From NCBI RefSeq assembly GCF_006345805.1, contig NC_043015.1, positions 16,802,001 to 16,866,000 on the forward strand: DNA of 64,000 nt. Direction: 5' to 3'. Positions 1 through 11,868 of this stretch are shown here, in pieces. Below the pieces are notes generated by a model, which saw only the letters and a program-made list of their open reading frames with translations, did not search any database and was not told where the DNA came from. The position numbers and the translations under genes were made by a program. The DNA comes from Octopus sinensis. Lineage: Eukaryota. Position 1 is the first letter of the stretch; every line of letters begins with the position of its first letter.

Positions 1-120
1 CAGTTTTAACTGATGATAGTATACTAGAAGTTTTGTTTGATCAGTAGTAAAAATTTACTCAATATTTTATTTAGAAACCTCCTTTAAATAATATTTAATA
101 TATTGTTTTATTTTTTGTAG

Positions 121-152
121 TGGTTTAGTTAAGCGAACAAACTTGTCAAAAG
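121..152 (+). CDS. HADHB: HADHB exon ([10 protein letters not shown])
   Basis: ttttttgtag acceptor and gtaaat donor; matches human TGLLHRTSVPKE; phase joins the next exon. Confidence 0.85.
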
Positions 153-3100
153 GTAAATTTATTTTTTCATATTATTAGATGTGAGAGTTGTGAGTGGACC
201 ATTATGTTTGTATATTATGTTTGAATTGTGACTGCTATATTAGGTTTAATGGAGAGAAAGGAAATACTGGGAGTAAGGAAAGTTTGTGTAGACACTAGCT
301 TCAATAAGATATTTATAACCAACTTTTTATAAATTTCTAAGCAACAATGGGCAGGTGAGAGTAGCTAAAACAGATAATTGTTTCTGAACTATTTCACATT
401 CTGTTTATTATATTGGCATAATGACTCTTCCTAGACACAACAAAATTACATGGAATAAGTTAAGTCATAAGTAATTTGCAGTTACTTTATTATTGTCTAA
501 TTTATGAAGCTGGGAAACAGTTTCAAATTCTTGACAATTAACAGAATAATTAAGCTTCCGCAAGTCATAAGCAACATGACAACTATGATCTCTGCACATG
601 CACCCCAATCAAGTAGTAGGACTGTTTCTATGAGATCTTCTTGCAGACCAGCTCAATAACAAATGATGGCGAGTCTGGTATTACAGCTGGTTACTTTAAT
701 AGACGTATTAGACTACATCATGATGGTTATCTGATATACAAGAAGACTATAGATATAATACAGGGAATGAAATCTTTTTGAGTTCCATGATGCAACTGAC
801 TATAACCATTTGCAACACTAGCTTCAAGAAACCTACCAATCAGGTAGAATTCCTATTCATAAGGAATTAAAATAGGCAGATGGTTGTGAATATTCTTTCC
901 ATGGTGAAAAATATACCATTCAATGTAGACAAGGTATATCAGAGTCAGAGTGAGATGAACAAGACAGTCTGAGCAAAGAAGGTAGGGAAAGACGTAAGTT
1001 CAAAAACGTATTAGCTGATATGAATGACAAGGAAAGGGAGGACAGAAAATAAATAGGTGTTTAAATGACAATCTGCTGTCAGCCACAGACTATATCAGTG
1101 TATAGAGCAATGTAGAGAGTGACACAAAACTAGATAAGTTAGATGTTGGTTATATTTAGGACAGAGAGAAACTGAATGTAAGAGGCTTGGTAATGTTCTC
1201 TAACAAGATCAGAGGTGTGAGGTGTTCTGAACTGCAATGTGTTAGGACAAGTGATGCCACAAGAGAGAAGTGTCTACAGAATAATAGCAGTGAATGTGCA
1301 TCATTGCTACTAAGAAGTGGAATAGAAATGTAATTATGAGATTTATGTAATTATGCTGAATGTAGAAAATATGTGAAGGACAAGTGATTATTGAAGTTGA
1401 CAGCTAATCAATCGAAAGTGCACTTCAATATACCAGCATGCACTATTAGGAATAGTTGCTGAGATGTTGAAAATCTCTGGTAAAATAAGAAATTTTGTCA
1501 CTTGCAAAGTTACTTAGTTATTTAGCCCTAGATCTACATTGTTCAATCAGGCCTATATTTGAAGGTATTGCAGCTATGTCAATCCTTTTTTACTGTGTGC
1601 GGAGAACACAGGATCACAATATCCAATGTGCCTTTCTTAATATAGTACAGGAAAGTGTCATACCCAGTAACTGGCATAGCAATATCCTCAGCAACTATTA
1701 CAAAGGCGAAAGAAATGCTCTTAAAAGAAGCAACTTCAGATGTATGAAACTGATGAACCAAGTTATAGCACAACTAATAAGGAAGTTAATTAGCTAAGAT
1801 GATATGAAATTAAGGTTTGTGTCAGAAGAGGTTAACACTGATGTCCTCTTTCTAGTGAAACTGCTACAGGTGCTTTTCTTAACTAAAAGCATTCACACAT
1901 GCTCTGTAGTCCAGTGGTTGCCAAGAAAACATTGTAGATAAATGGCATGTGAGAGTTGTACAAACCGTGTACAGAAATGCCATCTACAAGGTGAGTTAGC
2001 AATGAGTTTAAGGAATTTAATGTACAGGTAGATATCTTCAGGGCTTGGTTCTCAGACCCACTACTGTTTATTATATTCAACCATCACTTGACCTAAGACA
2101 CATCATGTTACTCAGAACGTCTGATGCACATCATCTAATCTTATATATTGCATCATATGCAAACTTTGTGATGCCCTTTACATTGGAGAAACAAGCTGCT
2201 CCCTTGCTGGTTGTGTTCAGGAACATATTAGAAGCATACTACTACATATGCCAGGCCAACCTGTCGTAATCCGCTTAAACTCTACAGACCACTCTAGTTT
2301 AATTAACTTTAAATAAATACCAAACAGAAATATTGTTTATCAGCCAACCAAGATGATAAGTGTATTTTCATATGAGTCACTAGAAAATTGAATTATCACT
2401 CTTTCTTATAGTTTGCATTGTCTGACAGCTTGATAATGTTAAGTTGTATTTCCTGGGAGTAGTAGCAGTTTTAGTTGTGTTTATATGATCTCTTGTCAGT
2501 GTTTGGCGTAAGCTGCCCCTCTTGCATGTTTTAAAAGGAAAGATTCAAGAATATGTATTACTGTTTTGTTGATTTGAGAAACATGCTGCTGTGGGTATAT
2601 TTTTATTATTGCATTCCGTTAAGTATAACAATTGTTGGAGTTGGTCATATTGTTTTACATGAAGATTTTGTTTCCTCATTCAGAATGTTTCTAAATGCTT
2701 ACCATTTTATATTTTAACAGTTGAGTTGTGACTATTAAATGATTGTCTGATTGTTTTCCTTTTTGGCAGATGCTGTGGACTATATTATCATGGGTACTGT
2801 AATACAAGAAGTGAAAACAAGCAACATAGCAAGAGAAGTGAGTATTTGTTTTCCTTTGATTTATTTGCTGCCCAAATTTACAAATCCTTTGCTTACAACT
2901 TTACTTTCTCTTTTCAGGCAAGTTTAGGAGCTGGTTTCTCAGACAAAATTCCTGCCCACACAGTCACCCAAGCTTGTATATCATCAAACCAAGCAATTAC
3001 TTCAGGTTATTAGCAGTTTTTCTCTTAGTCTAGAATAGAGCTATTTGAATTGTTTATATAGAAAGAAAAAGAGTACAGTATTGTTTCAATGTCAATTACC

Positions 3101-6100
3101 AAATATATTGTTTCCAGTAGTGAAATATATGTTTTCTTCCTGTTTTTTTTTTTTTTTTCCAGCTATAGGATTAATAGCTTCCGGGAACTGTGATGCTGTT
3201 ATTGCTGGTGGTGTGGAGTTTTTGTCAGATGCTCCAATCCGATTAAGTCGTAAAATGAGGAAGTTGTTGCTGTCACTTAACAAAGCTAAAAAGCTCCCCC
3301 AGAAGCTTTCTTTGATCAGCCAAATGTTGACCCCTTCTTCTCTGACTCCTGATGTGAGTTATATTTGTAATTATTATATAACTTGACAAAACAGTTATTT
3401 TCAGCTATATTTTACTAGCTTATTTACTTCAATTGAATATTAAAACACTTCAAATTGCTGGCAATGTTTGTACTCAAAAAGTTGGGTTTTTTTGCATTTA
3501 GAAAATTTATACAAATATAGAATGGTATGTTAGATTAGATATTTAAAAAATGACAGTAAAAACTCTTTGCATCTGTAAATAACATTGTCTGCTATTCCGA
3601 GCAACTAATCTATTCATTTCAAGGGAACTTATAGCATTGTCGTGTTTCTTAGTCTGACATTATGTCAGGAAATCATTATTTAGTAAAATCTGCATGTGAA
3701 ACATTACTGCTATATTTCATGACATATTTCCTACTAATTCCTTCTTCTGGTTATATACTCACCTTTCTTTTGTAATTTTTAAAATGCATGTAATATCCCT
3801 AGTTTAATATTGCTTTTTGTTTTCTTTTATTCACCCCAGCTTCCATCAGTGTCTGAATTCTCTACTGGAGAAACAATGGGCCATTCTGCTGACAGACTAA
3901 CATCAGCTTTTTCTGTCTCCCGTCAAGAACAGGTAATTTTTGTAAACTTGGAATAACTTTATTTTGTCAAGTGTTACCGTTGTTTATAGAAATTACTCTT
4001 TTTTAAAAATTTTTAATTATAGGATGAATATGCCCAAAGGTCGCATATGTTGGCACAAGAAGCTTCTGACAAAGGATTGCTTACTGATATTGTTCCCTAT
4101 AAAGTAGCAGGTAAGAATAGTTTGCTTTTAATCAATCATGGAAGTAATGGCCAAAATAATGGTTTTAAATAAGCTATCTCAGGTACACAACTTGAATTTT
4201 CACTATTTGCTCATCTGAAGACTTCATTCCGTCCATCAAATTCTGAGAATGAAAGCTTGCCAAATTTTGTCAAAGTTCAATGACCCAGATATATTTTATT
4301 AACTGAATTATAGGACAAAGAAGATATAAAGATATAAGGAATCGGAAAATTTTAATTAACCAAAATATTTCATATGAGGGTGAACTGAAAAGTTCATAGG
4401 TGGACTATGAAGGAGTGATGCTTAAAGCCGTGAAATCTTGCATTCATTCATTCATTTCAACACTTCTTATTAACTGCGTTGTTTTTTCTAGGTAAACTGA
4501 CATCTGACTGTCCAAAGACTTCAAAAGTAACTGGTAGCAGGACTTTCTTGAAAATGGACAAAATTTGGCGTTGTGGTGTTATCAAGCACCAGCAGTAAAA
4601 TGGTTTAACCCCCCAAAGACATTCCTGTTGACATGGTTGCTACATTAGGGGATGATGCTCCAGCTTTATCAACAATGCAAAAGTGAGCAGCTGAATTTAG
4701 GAGAGGAAGGGAGAGTCTTGAAGATGACCCAAAGTGTGGACGTCTTGCAACTGCCACTATCGAGGAAAACTTTGTGTTCACCACATGGTAATAAATAACA
4801 GGTCAATGCTGTTATCATATCCTATGAATTTAGAATATTCTGCACAATGAATTTAGCATGACAAAGGTTTCTGCTTCGTGGGTGCCATGTCTTGACACCT
4901 GATAAAAAGTGCACCAGACTGATCAAATCATGAGATAATCTGACATTGAGGTAGATCCAATTGGTTTCCTTGAATGTTTTCTAAATTAGGATACGAGTTG
5001 GTTTCATCACTTTCAGACAGAGACAATTCATGCAGTGGAAACACTCCTCATGCTCCAAAGAAGGCCATGGTAATTTCATCTACAGGGAAGATGATGGCCT
5101 TAGTTTTTTGGGGATACAAAAGGCATTATTTTTGACTGTTTTCAAATGGGCCACACCTTCAATGCAGAGTACTATGCCAACTTGATGAAGCAGTTACAAA
5201 AGGCTATGAAGAGCAAGCCTTTTGACAAAAGCGGTCTTGTTTCATCCAGACAAGTCCTTGTTTTCAATGGTTGTTGTGATCATTATCATCTGTTCCTCAA
5301 CATGAAAAACATTGGCTGGAAACCAATATCACAATGATGATATCATATCTGCTGTTGATGACAAACCAACAGGATTGAAGCTTCTTCACTGATGAGATCC
5401 AAGTACTGCAACACCAATGGAAGAAGTGTGTGGACCACAAGGGGGTCTATGTTGAATAATAAATCTCATTTAGTTGCATTCCATGAGAGCATCTTGGTCA
5501 GCCTATGAACTTTTCAGCCAACCCTTGTAAATTTGTTGGTATGCTGTAGTATTATCATCAATTGCAGTTATTTTTAAATTTGTTTATCCATGCTAACATA
5601 AGTTGGATGAAAGCTTATTTGATGCTGCATTTTACAGCTGGATGTTTTTTTAACACATAGAACCCTCATGTTTTTCAAGTCGGGGATTTATTATTCCACA
5701 GGTCTTTGAAAGCACAATGTGGCTAGTCATAATGTCAACAAGGAATGTAAACATCATAACACTATTTCACTCAGTCAGTGAAAGTAATATCACAATGTCA
5801 ATATCCACAAATGTGATAGGCTTCCATACAATTTTTGTCAATCAAATTCACTTATAAAGCAATGACTGAATGACTGGAGGCTGCACTATAAGACACTTGT
5901 CCAAGATGCTGCACATTGGGATTGAACCTTGGAGTCCTTGGGCAAGTGTCTTTCATTTTTGAGACTGTAACTGTCAAACAAAATTACTGATGTAAACAAA
6001 TGATTCAACATGACAAATGAGTGAATCCAATGTTATTTTTATTTGATAACCTAGGGCTTTCATTTCAGTAATGGCATTTATGTCAAATAGAAAGTTATTT

Positions 6101-9100
6101 TGTACAACAATGTCTGAGAAATGCAGTGATGATGGAAACTCTCTCTTTTAGAATTGTAGCACTATTTGCTTGACAGGTCATAATAGAATCAGTCTGGAAA
6201 TTATTTTTATCTTCAATTCAGCAATATGCTTAACATCATAAAACAGTTATATTATAAAGAAAATTAAAGTTTTTCTAACTCATCACTTTTCACAAAATGT
6301 TTATAGTTTCTTGCACTTCGTAATTTCAGGCAAGGCTGAAATGGTTGTGAAGGACAATGGTATCCGTCCCTCTTCTATGGAAAAACTACAAAAATTGAAA
6401 CCAGCTTTTATTAAACCACATGGTACTATCACTGCAGCAAATTCTTCATTTCTGGTAAGTTTTAGATGGTAAAGCTATTTTAACATCAACTAAAATATGA
6501 ACACGAGGGCTTTCTATATGGTTATTAGCTCAAGATTATGTATCTACAGTTCTTTATGATTAATACAGCCTGCTTTAGAAAGAGCGCATTTCCATGGTAT
6601 CACCTTCTAGCTTGGTTTAAAAAGGTACCCTTATATATATATATATATGTTTCAATCCAATATGAATAATCTGTCATATCTGAAATATTTTGCATTGTTT
6701 CTTGACAAAATCCCTCTAATTTAATGCAGCTCTTTATGTTTTGGGCCTCACCAAAGCAATGACTAGTGACTGAGACTTTTGGAGATATGCTGTGCTTGAG
6801 AAGACCTGACAAACCAAGTGAGACCATAACTCATGGCCTATGCCAGTGTATAACCAGCCCACTTATGTGTACCCTTCATTCATTGGACAATAAAGCAAGT
6901 GAAACAAAATCAGTGATGTGGCTGATGACAGTACCACCTGATTAGCACTTGTGCCAGTGGAACGTTAAAAGCACCATCCGAGCATGATCATTGCCAGGGC
7001 TGTAGACTAGCTCCTGTGCTGGTGGCACGTAAAAAGCACCATTCAAGCGTGATTGTTACCAGCATCGCCTTACTAGCACGTGAAAAACATTTGAGCAAGG
7101 TCGTTGCCAGTGCTGCCAGACTGGCTCCCATGCTGGTAGCATGTAAAAAACACCATTTGAGCATGGTCGTTGCCAGTATCACCTGGCTGGCCCTTGTGCC
7201 AGTGGCATGTAAAAGCATCCACTACACTCTTGGAATGGTTGGTGTTAGGAAGGACATCCAGCTGTAGAAACTTTGCCACATCAGATTGGAGCCTGGTGCA
7301 GCCTTCTGGCTTGCCAGTCCTCAGTCAAACTATCTAATCCATGCCAGCATGGAAAGCAGACGTTAAACAGCAATGATGATGTTCATCCACACAATATGCC
7401 CTGAGCATATATGTCTGGTAATGATCTGTGCTTCAATGGTGAGAGACTGGCAACTCTGATTTTTTTCTGTGTCTGGTGTCGATGCCTGCCATTTAATACT
7501 GTGTTGGTGAAATCTCAAGAATGTCATTCCACAGACAGACCCAATCAATTTGTATAGATGCTGAGTTGTGTTATATTTGCTCTTGTAAATCATCAGCTGG
7601 TCTTAAGATTCCTTTGAAAGCCAGTTAATCAATCTTCTCCACCCACCATACCGGGGAGGGTTGTAGGTTAGGCATCTTCATTGGATCCTATTAGAAACAT
7701 GATCAACTTAGACTATGGATATTATCCAACCATCTCATTCTTGGTTTACCCCTAGATCTCCTGCCAGTTGGTTCGGCTTGAAGAAATCTTATTGTAAATC
7801 ATTCATACAACATTCTAATCATGTCTGTAGTACCAGAGCTGTGACCTCTTAATGCAGTGAAGTGGCTGCTCAACCTGAGAGACATCCTGATCTTTAAGTT
7901 ACACATCCCAAAGGAATCCATTTTCAGCCACTTGTATTTGCAGTCATACTCTTTTGGTCATTACCCAACATTTATGACCATAGATGAGGATAGGCAATGA
8001 AGATAACAAGTTTGGCATTTTTTACCAACCTCTCTTCTGAGGATTAAATGCTGGACATGGCACATTAACTATGATGGCACCTGCAATTTTAGCATCCAGT
8101 TCAGCCTCCTGCTTCCCACCACCCATGAATATGGCCCTGAGATACTTCAACTCCTCCACTAACTTATCAACACTAATTCTCATCCCTGTTTTACCACACT
8201 TGACAACAAACCTATTCAGGGCATGCTGGAGATCACTTTCTGTTGAACCAAACAACACCAGGTCTTTTGCAAATATCAATCCAGTTCATAAAAATAGGTG
8301 ACAATTCGTACTCTTGCCAAAGTCCAACACCCATGTCAAAAAGTTTTGACCCAGCATCATTTATACGTATGCAAACATCTGAGCATTCAGGACTTCACAA
8401 CAATCAGAAGTTGCTCATTAATCCCAAACTCCTGCAAAACCTCTACAGCATGCCTCATGGCATGTGGTCATATGCATTTATGAGGTTTACAAAGCAAGCC
8501 TACACTTCTTGACAATGTTCCCACAATTTCTCAGACACCTACTATAGAATATTGTGCAGCATCCAGTATGGGAACCAGACTGTTTTTCAGCTAGCTTGAG
8601 CTCTACATTTTCCCTATATCTCTTTCCCAGACACCTAGTATAGACTTTACTGAAGAGGCTCATCAAAGAGATTCTATAAATCATGTGTTCTCGTGTCTCC
8701 CTTTTTAAAAACTGAGATGATCACCCAAGATTGCAATTGCTTTGGTATACCACCTGGTATACACAAGTCCGCCAAAGAACACCTTCTGTATTAAGAGCTT
8801 TTAATATCTAGGACTGAATTTCATCCTCTTAAATATTTTTTATTTAACCAATCTGCTTTTAGAATAAAGCTAAATGTCAAAAGTCTTAAATAATAGCCTG
8901 TAATAACTGAAATGAATGGCTAGCATATCAATCATGTGCCACACAGGCACCACTAATCTGCATAGAGCTGACTAAAGGTTACTCAAATGCAAAATCTCAC
9001 TGAGCCTCAAATTTTCATAACTCCTTTAAATATTTTATTTTGTAAAGATACCTAGAATGTTTGAGAAATTCTTTAACTATGTGTTCTTATGGAAAGCTTT

Positions 9101-10970
9101 TAAAAAAAAAAGCATTACTGTGCTAGGAGGTTCACATTAAACAAGAAATATCAATGTAGAAACAAAAACCATCAACAGCCTGGACAATTTTTAATTAGTT
9201 TAAACAGTTGTAGCCTATTATATGCTTATTCTTATTACATGATTTACCAGTGTCAGTTGATTTCAGAAAAAGTACATTAGTGTGGAGTTTTTCTTCCTAC
9301 CTTAGACTCTTTGGTCTAATCCCAATAAAAAAAAAAAATTCACATTCTAGACTTGGTTTCCTCTCAAGCACAATTAAGTCACTTATGTATAAAACAGAAT
9401 ATAACTATACTTTACATATATGTAAAGACCAATCTGAGTAAATTCCAAGGTTGACAAGGAAAATCTGAATGAATCTTAATTATAATGAAAGACTGAGAAA
9501 AGTGTTACGAGGTAAAAGTTACTAGTTGGTATTTTATAATAAGTGCAAAATTAAACTATAACAAACTTGTAAAATAATTAAAGCTGAAAAAAAAAAAAAG
9601 CTAGTACTAAACCCAAAATATACAGGCCTAATTTATGTTGATATGAAAACAGACATCTCAATGTTTTGAGTTATTTTAAGCTAAATTGTATACAGATTTC
9701 AATTTGAAGAAATGGTGTAACTTATGCAGTTAATATTTTCAGACTGATGGTGCTTCAGCTTGCCTTTTGATGTCAGAAGAAAAGGCCTTAGCCATGGGCT
9801 TCAAACCCAAAGCATACCTACGAGATTTTGTCTATGTCTCTCAGGATCCTAAAGATCAACTTCTGCTAGGGTAAGTGAAACCTATCTATAAATATACATA
9901 TATAAAGCTTTAAGTCATCAAGGAGAAAGTGATTTGAAGAAATTAATTTATTTTCTTACAAAAAAAAAATAAATAAACAAAAATCATCGAATAAAATTTT
10001 TAAAAGTCTAGTTTGAAACATGCTTGCATTTTTACACAATAAGATGAGTTTGCTGAGGTAGGTCTGATTCATATTGAAACTCTCAGCTCTAATTATGAGC
10101 TCTAAATTTTTCATTTAAAATTCAATTTGTCTTAACTGGTGCTTCAAACTGCACCTTCCCTGACTTGTTAGGGATATGAATTCTTTAAATCTACATGGAT
10201 TGATGAGTGAAATGAAGAGTTTATTAAAATTTTAAAAAGGGAAAAAAAAACTTTAAATATTTCAAAACTGGAAGTATTTTTGTGGCAGTGTCTAAAATGA
10301 ATAATTATCTTGTAGTCCAGCATATGCAACACCTAAAGTCCTTGAGAAAGCAGGTCTCCAATTAAGTGATATCAGTGTATTTGAATATCATGAAGCCTTT
10401 GCAGTAAGTTCTTGGAAATTTTTTTCTCTCTTTATTATACAGACAAAAATTATAAAATGATTTGTGAATATTTTGGTATGAGAAAACTAAAAATTTATTT
10501 TGCTCTCCACAGGGACAAATCCTGGCCAATCTTAAGGCAATGGATTCTGACTGGTTTGCCAAAACCTATATGGGACGCAGTTCAAAAGTAAGAATATTTT
10601 TTGGTTGTTTGTTTTATTTACAAACATACAACTGATTTCTTACTATTAATGTTATTTTTTCTTCTATTAGGTTGGAACTCCTGATCTTTCAAAATTTAAC
10701 CTGTGGGGAGGTTCTTTATCTATTGGTCACCCATTTGGTGCAACTGGAGTGCGATTAGTTACTACAGCAGCCAATCGTTTACACAAAGAAGGTGGGCAGT
10801 ATGGGCTTGTGGCAGCATGTGCAGCTGGAGGCATTGTAAGTTACATTTTAGTATTTTAAAGATGTCATATTTACAGTAAAATAGAACAAGGCATAGTACC
10901 ACTTTTTTTTTTTTCTTTCTTTCTTTTACAGGGCCATGGCATGATTGTTGAAGCATATCCAGTTAAATGA
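121..10970 (+). CDS. HADHB: Trifunctional enzyme subunit beta, mitochondrial (3-ketoacyl-CoA thiolase); spliced gene, 12 coding exons in window, 5' part upstream
   Basis: Joined exons read [33 protein letters not shown]...ACISSNQA...GHPFGATG...ACAAGG...VEAYPVK*, collinear with recalled human HADHB. Thiolase catalytic Cys, His and Cys are intact; all introns GT-AG with consistent phases. Confidence 0.97.
575..2060 (+). mobile_element. Decayed RTE-clade LINE (endonuclease to early RT); boundaries approximate
   Basis: Broken frames TMISAHAPQ, AGxFN and [18 protein letters not shown], similar to the RTE piece at 60560-61400. Confidence 0.65.
2134..2295 (+). mobile_element. Penelope-like element GIY-YIG endonuclease fragment
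   Basis: Frame reads [35 protein letters not shown]...[12 protein letters not shown], the PLE GIY-YIG pattern. Confidence 0.8.
2770..2837 (+). CDS. HADHB: HADHB exon ([23 protein letters not shown])
   Basis: AG/GT boundaries, translation match. Confidence 0.95.
2918..3005 (+). CDS. HADHB: HADHB exon with nucleophilic Cys ([14 protein letters not shown])
   Basis: AG/GT boundaries, thiolase motif. Confidence 0.96.
3163..3353 (+). CDS. HADHB: HADHB exon ([33 protein letters not shown]...)
   Basis: Poly-T acceptor, gtgagt donor; lies within ORF 3045..3386. Confidence 0.96.
3840..3932 (+). CDS. HADHB: HADHB exon ([20 protein letters not shown]...)
   Basis: AG/GT boundaries, translation match. 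Confidence 0.96.
4023..4110 (+). CDS. HADHB: HADHB exon ([20 protein letters not shown]...)
   Basis: AG/GT boundaries, translation match. Confidence 0.95.
4375..5527 (+). mobile_element. Decayed near-full-length mariner transposon
   Basis: About 30-bp imperfect TIRs (core ctgaaaagttcatagg), TA on both flanks, transposase remnants with stops and frameshifts. Confidence 0.9.
5810..5955 (-). mobile_element. Partial tRNA-derived SINE with an inverted fragment of the same SINE core
   Basis: Similar to 12810-13210; agacacttgtccaag (5891) is the reverse complement of cttgggcaagtgtct (5937), 14/15. Confidence 0.6.
6330..6454 (+). CDS. HADHB: HADHB exon ([35 protein letters not shown])
   Basis: AG/GT boundaries, translation match. 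Confidence 0.96.
6770..7385 (+). mobile_element. 5'-truncated RTE LINE 3' end: ORF end, tandem-repeat 3' UTR, (GAT)n tail
   Basis: Homologous to the 29330-29700 reverse strand; ends gcatggaaagcagacgttaaacagcaatgatgatgatg. Confidence 0.8.
6951..7225 (+). repeat. About 5 degenerate tandem units of 60-65 bp (core GTGCYRGTGGCACGTAAAAAGCACC)
   Basis: Units start near 6951, 7016, 7075, 7130 and 7196. Confidence 0.85.
7600..8790 (-). mobile_element. Decayed RTE-clade LINE RT; boundaries approximate
   Basis: ORF 8022..8279 [23 protein letters not shown]...GMRIS (decayed YADD region). Confidence 0.75.
9743..9870 (+). CDS. HADHB: HADHB exon ([29 protein letters not shown]...DPKDQLLL)
   Basis: AG/GT boundaries, translation match. 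Confidence 0.96.
10316..10403 (+). CDS. HADHB: HADHB exon ([14 protein letters not shown]...EYHEAFA)
   Basis: AG/GT boundaries, HEAF motif. Confidence 0.96.
10513..10587 (+). CDS. HADHB: HADHB exon ([25 protein letters not shown])
   Basis: AG/GT boundaries, translation match. Confidence 0.96.
10671..10835 (+). CDS. HADHB: HADHB exon ([17 protein letters not shown]...ACAAGG)
   Basis: AG/GT boundaries, catalytic His and Cys motifs. Confidence 0.97.
10932..10970 (+). CDS. HADHB: HADHB last coding exon ([12 protein letters not shown])
   Basis: Poly-pyrimidine acceptor; TGA at 10968-10970. Confidence 0.95.
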   Translation, partial: GHGMIVEAYPVK

Positions 10971-11016
10971 ATTCCACTATACATATGCTGGTCTACAAAA
11001 TGTAAAATTTCATTGC

Positions 11017-11022
11017 AATAAA
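11017..11022 (+). terminator. Candidate HADHB polyadenylation signal AATAAA (another at 11360-11365)
   Basis: Canonical hexamer 46 nt after the stop; usage not shown. Confidence 0.45.
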
Positions 11023-11793
11023 TATTTTTAAACTTAAGAGTTTGAAGAAATTTTTTTTTTAACAACATCCAGCATTTTGTAAAATTTACATTTATGGAAC
11101 TCTTATTTATGCACCATAAACAATGGATATAAAACAGAAACTTCACTCTTCTCTATGGAAATGGTTATACAAACATCACTGCAAAAAAAGGGGGTAAGTT
11201 CAGTTCCCTCAACCAACTATCCCATGTTCAATGTTATGAAAGTGATCCATGAGCTTTAAAAGTAAATGAAAGTACTCTTGAAAATTTATGAAAAACAAAT
11301 GATTTGTAGGGATTTTATTTTTTTTTCCTTACAAATTAAGATGATTTTTTTTTTCTTTCAATAAAAAGAAATGAAAAAGTAAAGAACAAATGTTGACAGT
11401 TTGAAGAGTACTCTCAGGTATTAATAGGAACAAGGGAGGGTATTTTTTCTTTTATTTTTAAAAAATTTTTCCAATAGTAAACAGTTTCCTTGGCAGTTCT
11501 AGCTCCATAAAACCGTTGTGACATGTGCTCAAGGGCTGTGAATAATGGAGTTCTCATCACAGCAGCAGCCTCTTCAGTTTTATCAAGAGAAAATAAATAG
11601 TGGTGAGATCAAATTAGAAATACATTTACCTTACTTTATAAATTTGGGAGATTTTCAGTTTTAATAGACAGACAGGAAAAAAAAAAAGTGTGTGTGGGTT
11701 GATGAATGGTATCTTAATGTAAAACCCTACCCAACTTTTATTTAGAAAAAAAAAAGACAATTTTTCAACCCTGCAGAGTAAAACTTTGATAAT

Positions 11794-11868
11794 TCAAGTG
11801 ATATTTATAGAGGGCCGGACACGGGCACGGTGTTGGGATGTGTATTGCACCAGTTTTTGTTCCATATT
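11794..11868 (-). CDS. ATAD2: ATAD2 last coding exon ([24 protein letters not shown])
   Basis: Poly-T acceptor, phase 0, resembles human KMEQEVENF; TGA at 11796-11794. Confidence 0.85.
   Translation of the reverse strand, partial: NMEQKLVQYTSQHRARVRPSINIT

Noticed and set aside
6951-7225. CRISPR-like array (also 46781-46901)
   Set aside because: Whole units are degenerate copies, not identical repeats with unique spacers; no cas genes; eukaryotic retroelement context.
10968-11020. Selenocysteine or stop read-through at the HADHB TGA
   Set aside because: The protein ends where orthologs end, the context is not TGA-CTAG, and I found no SECIS-like element downstream.
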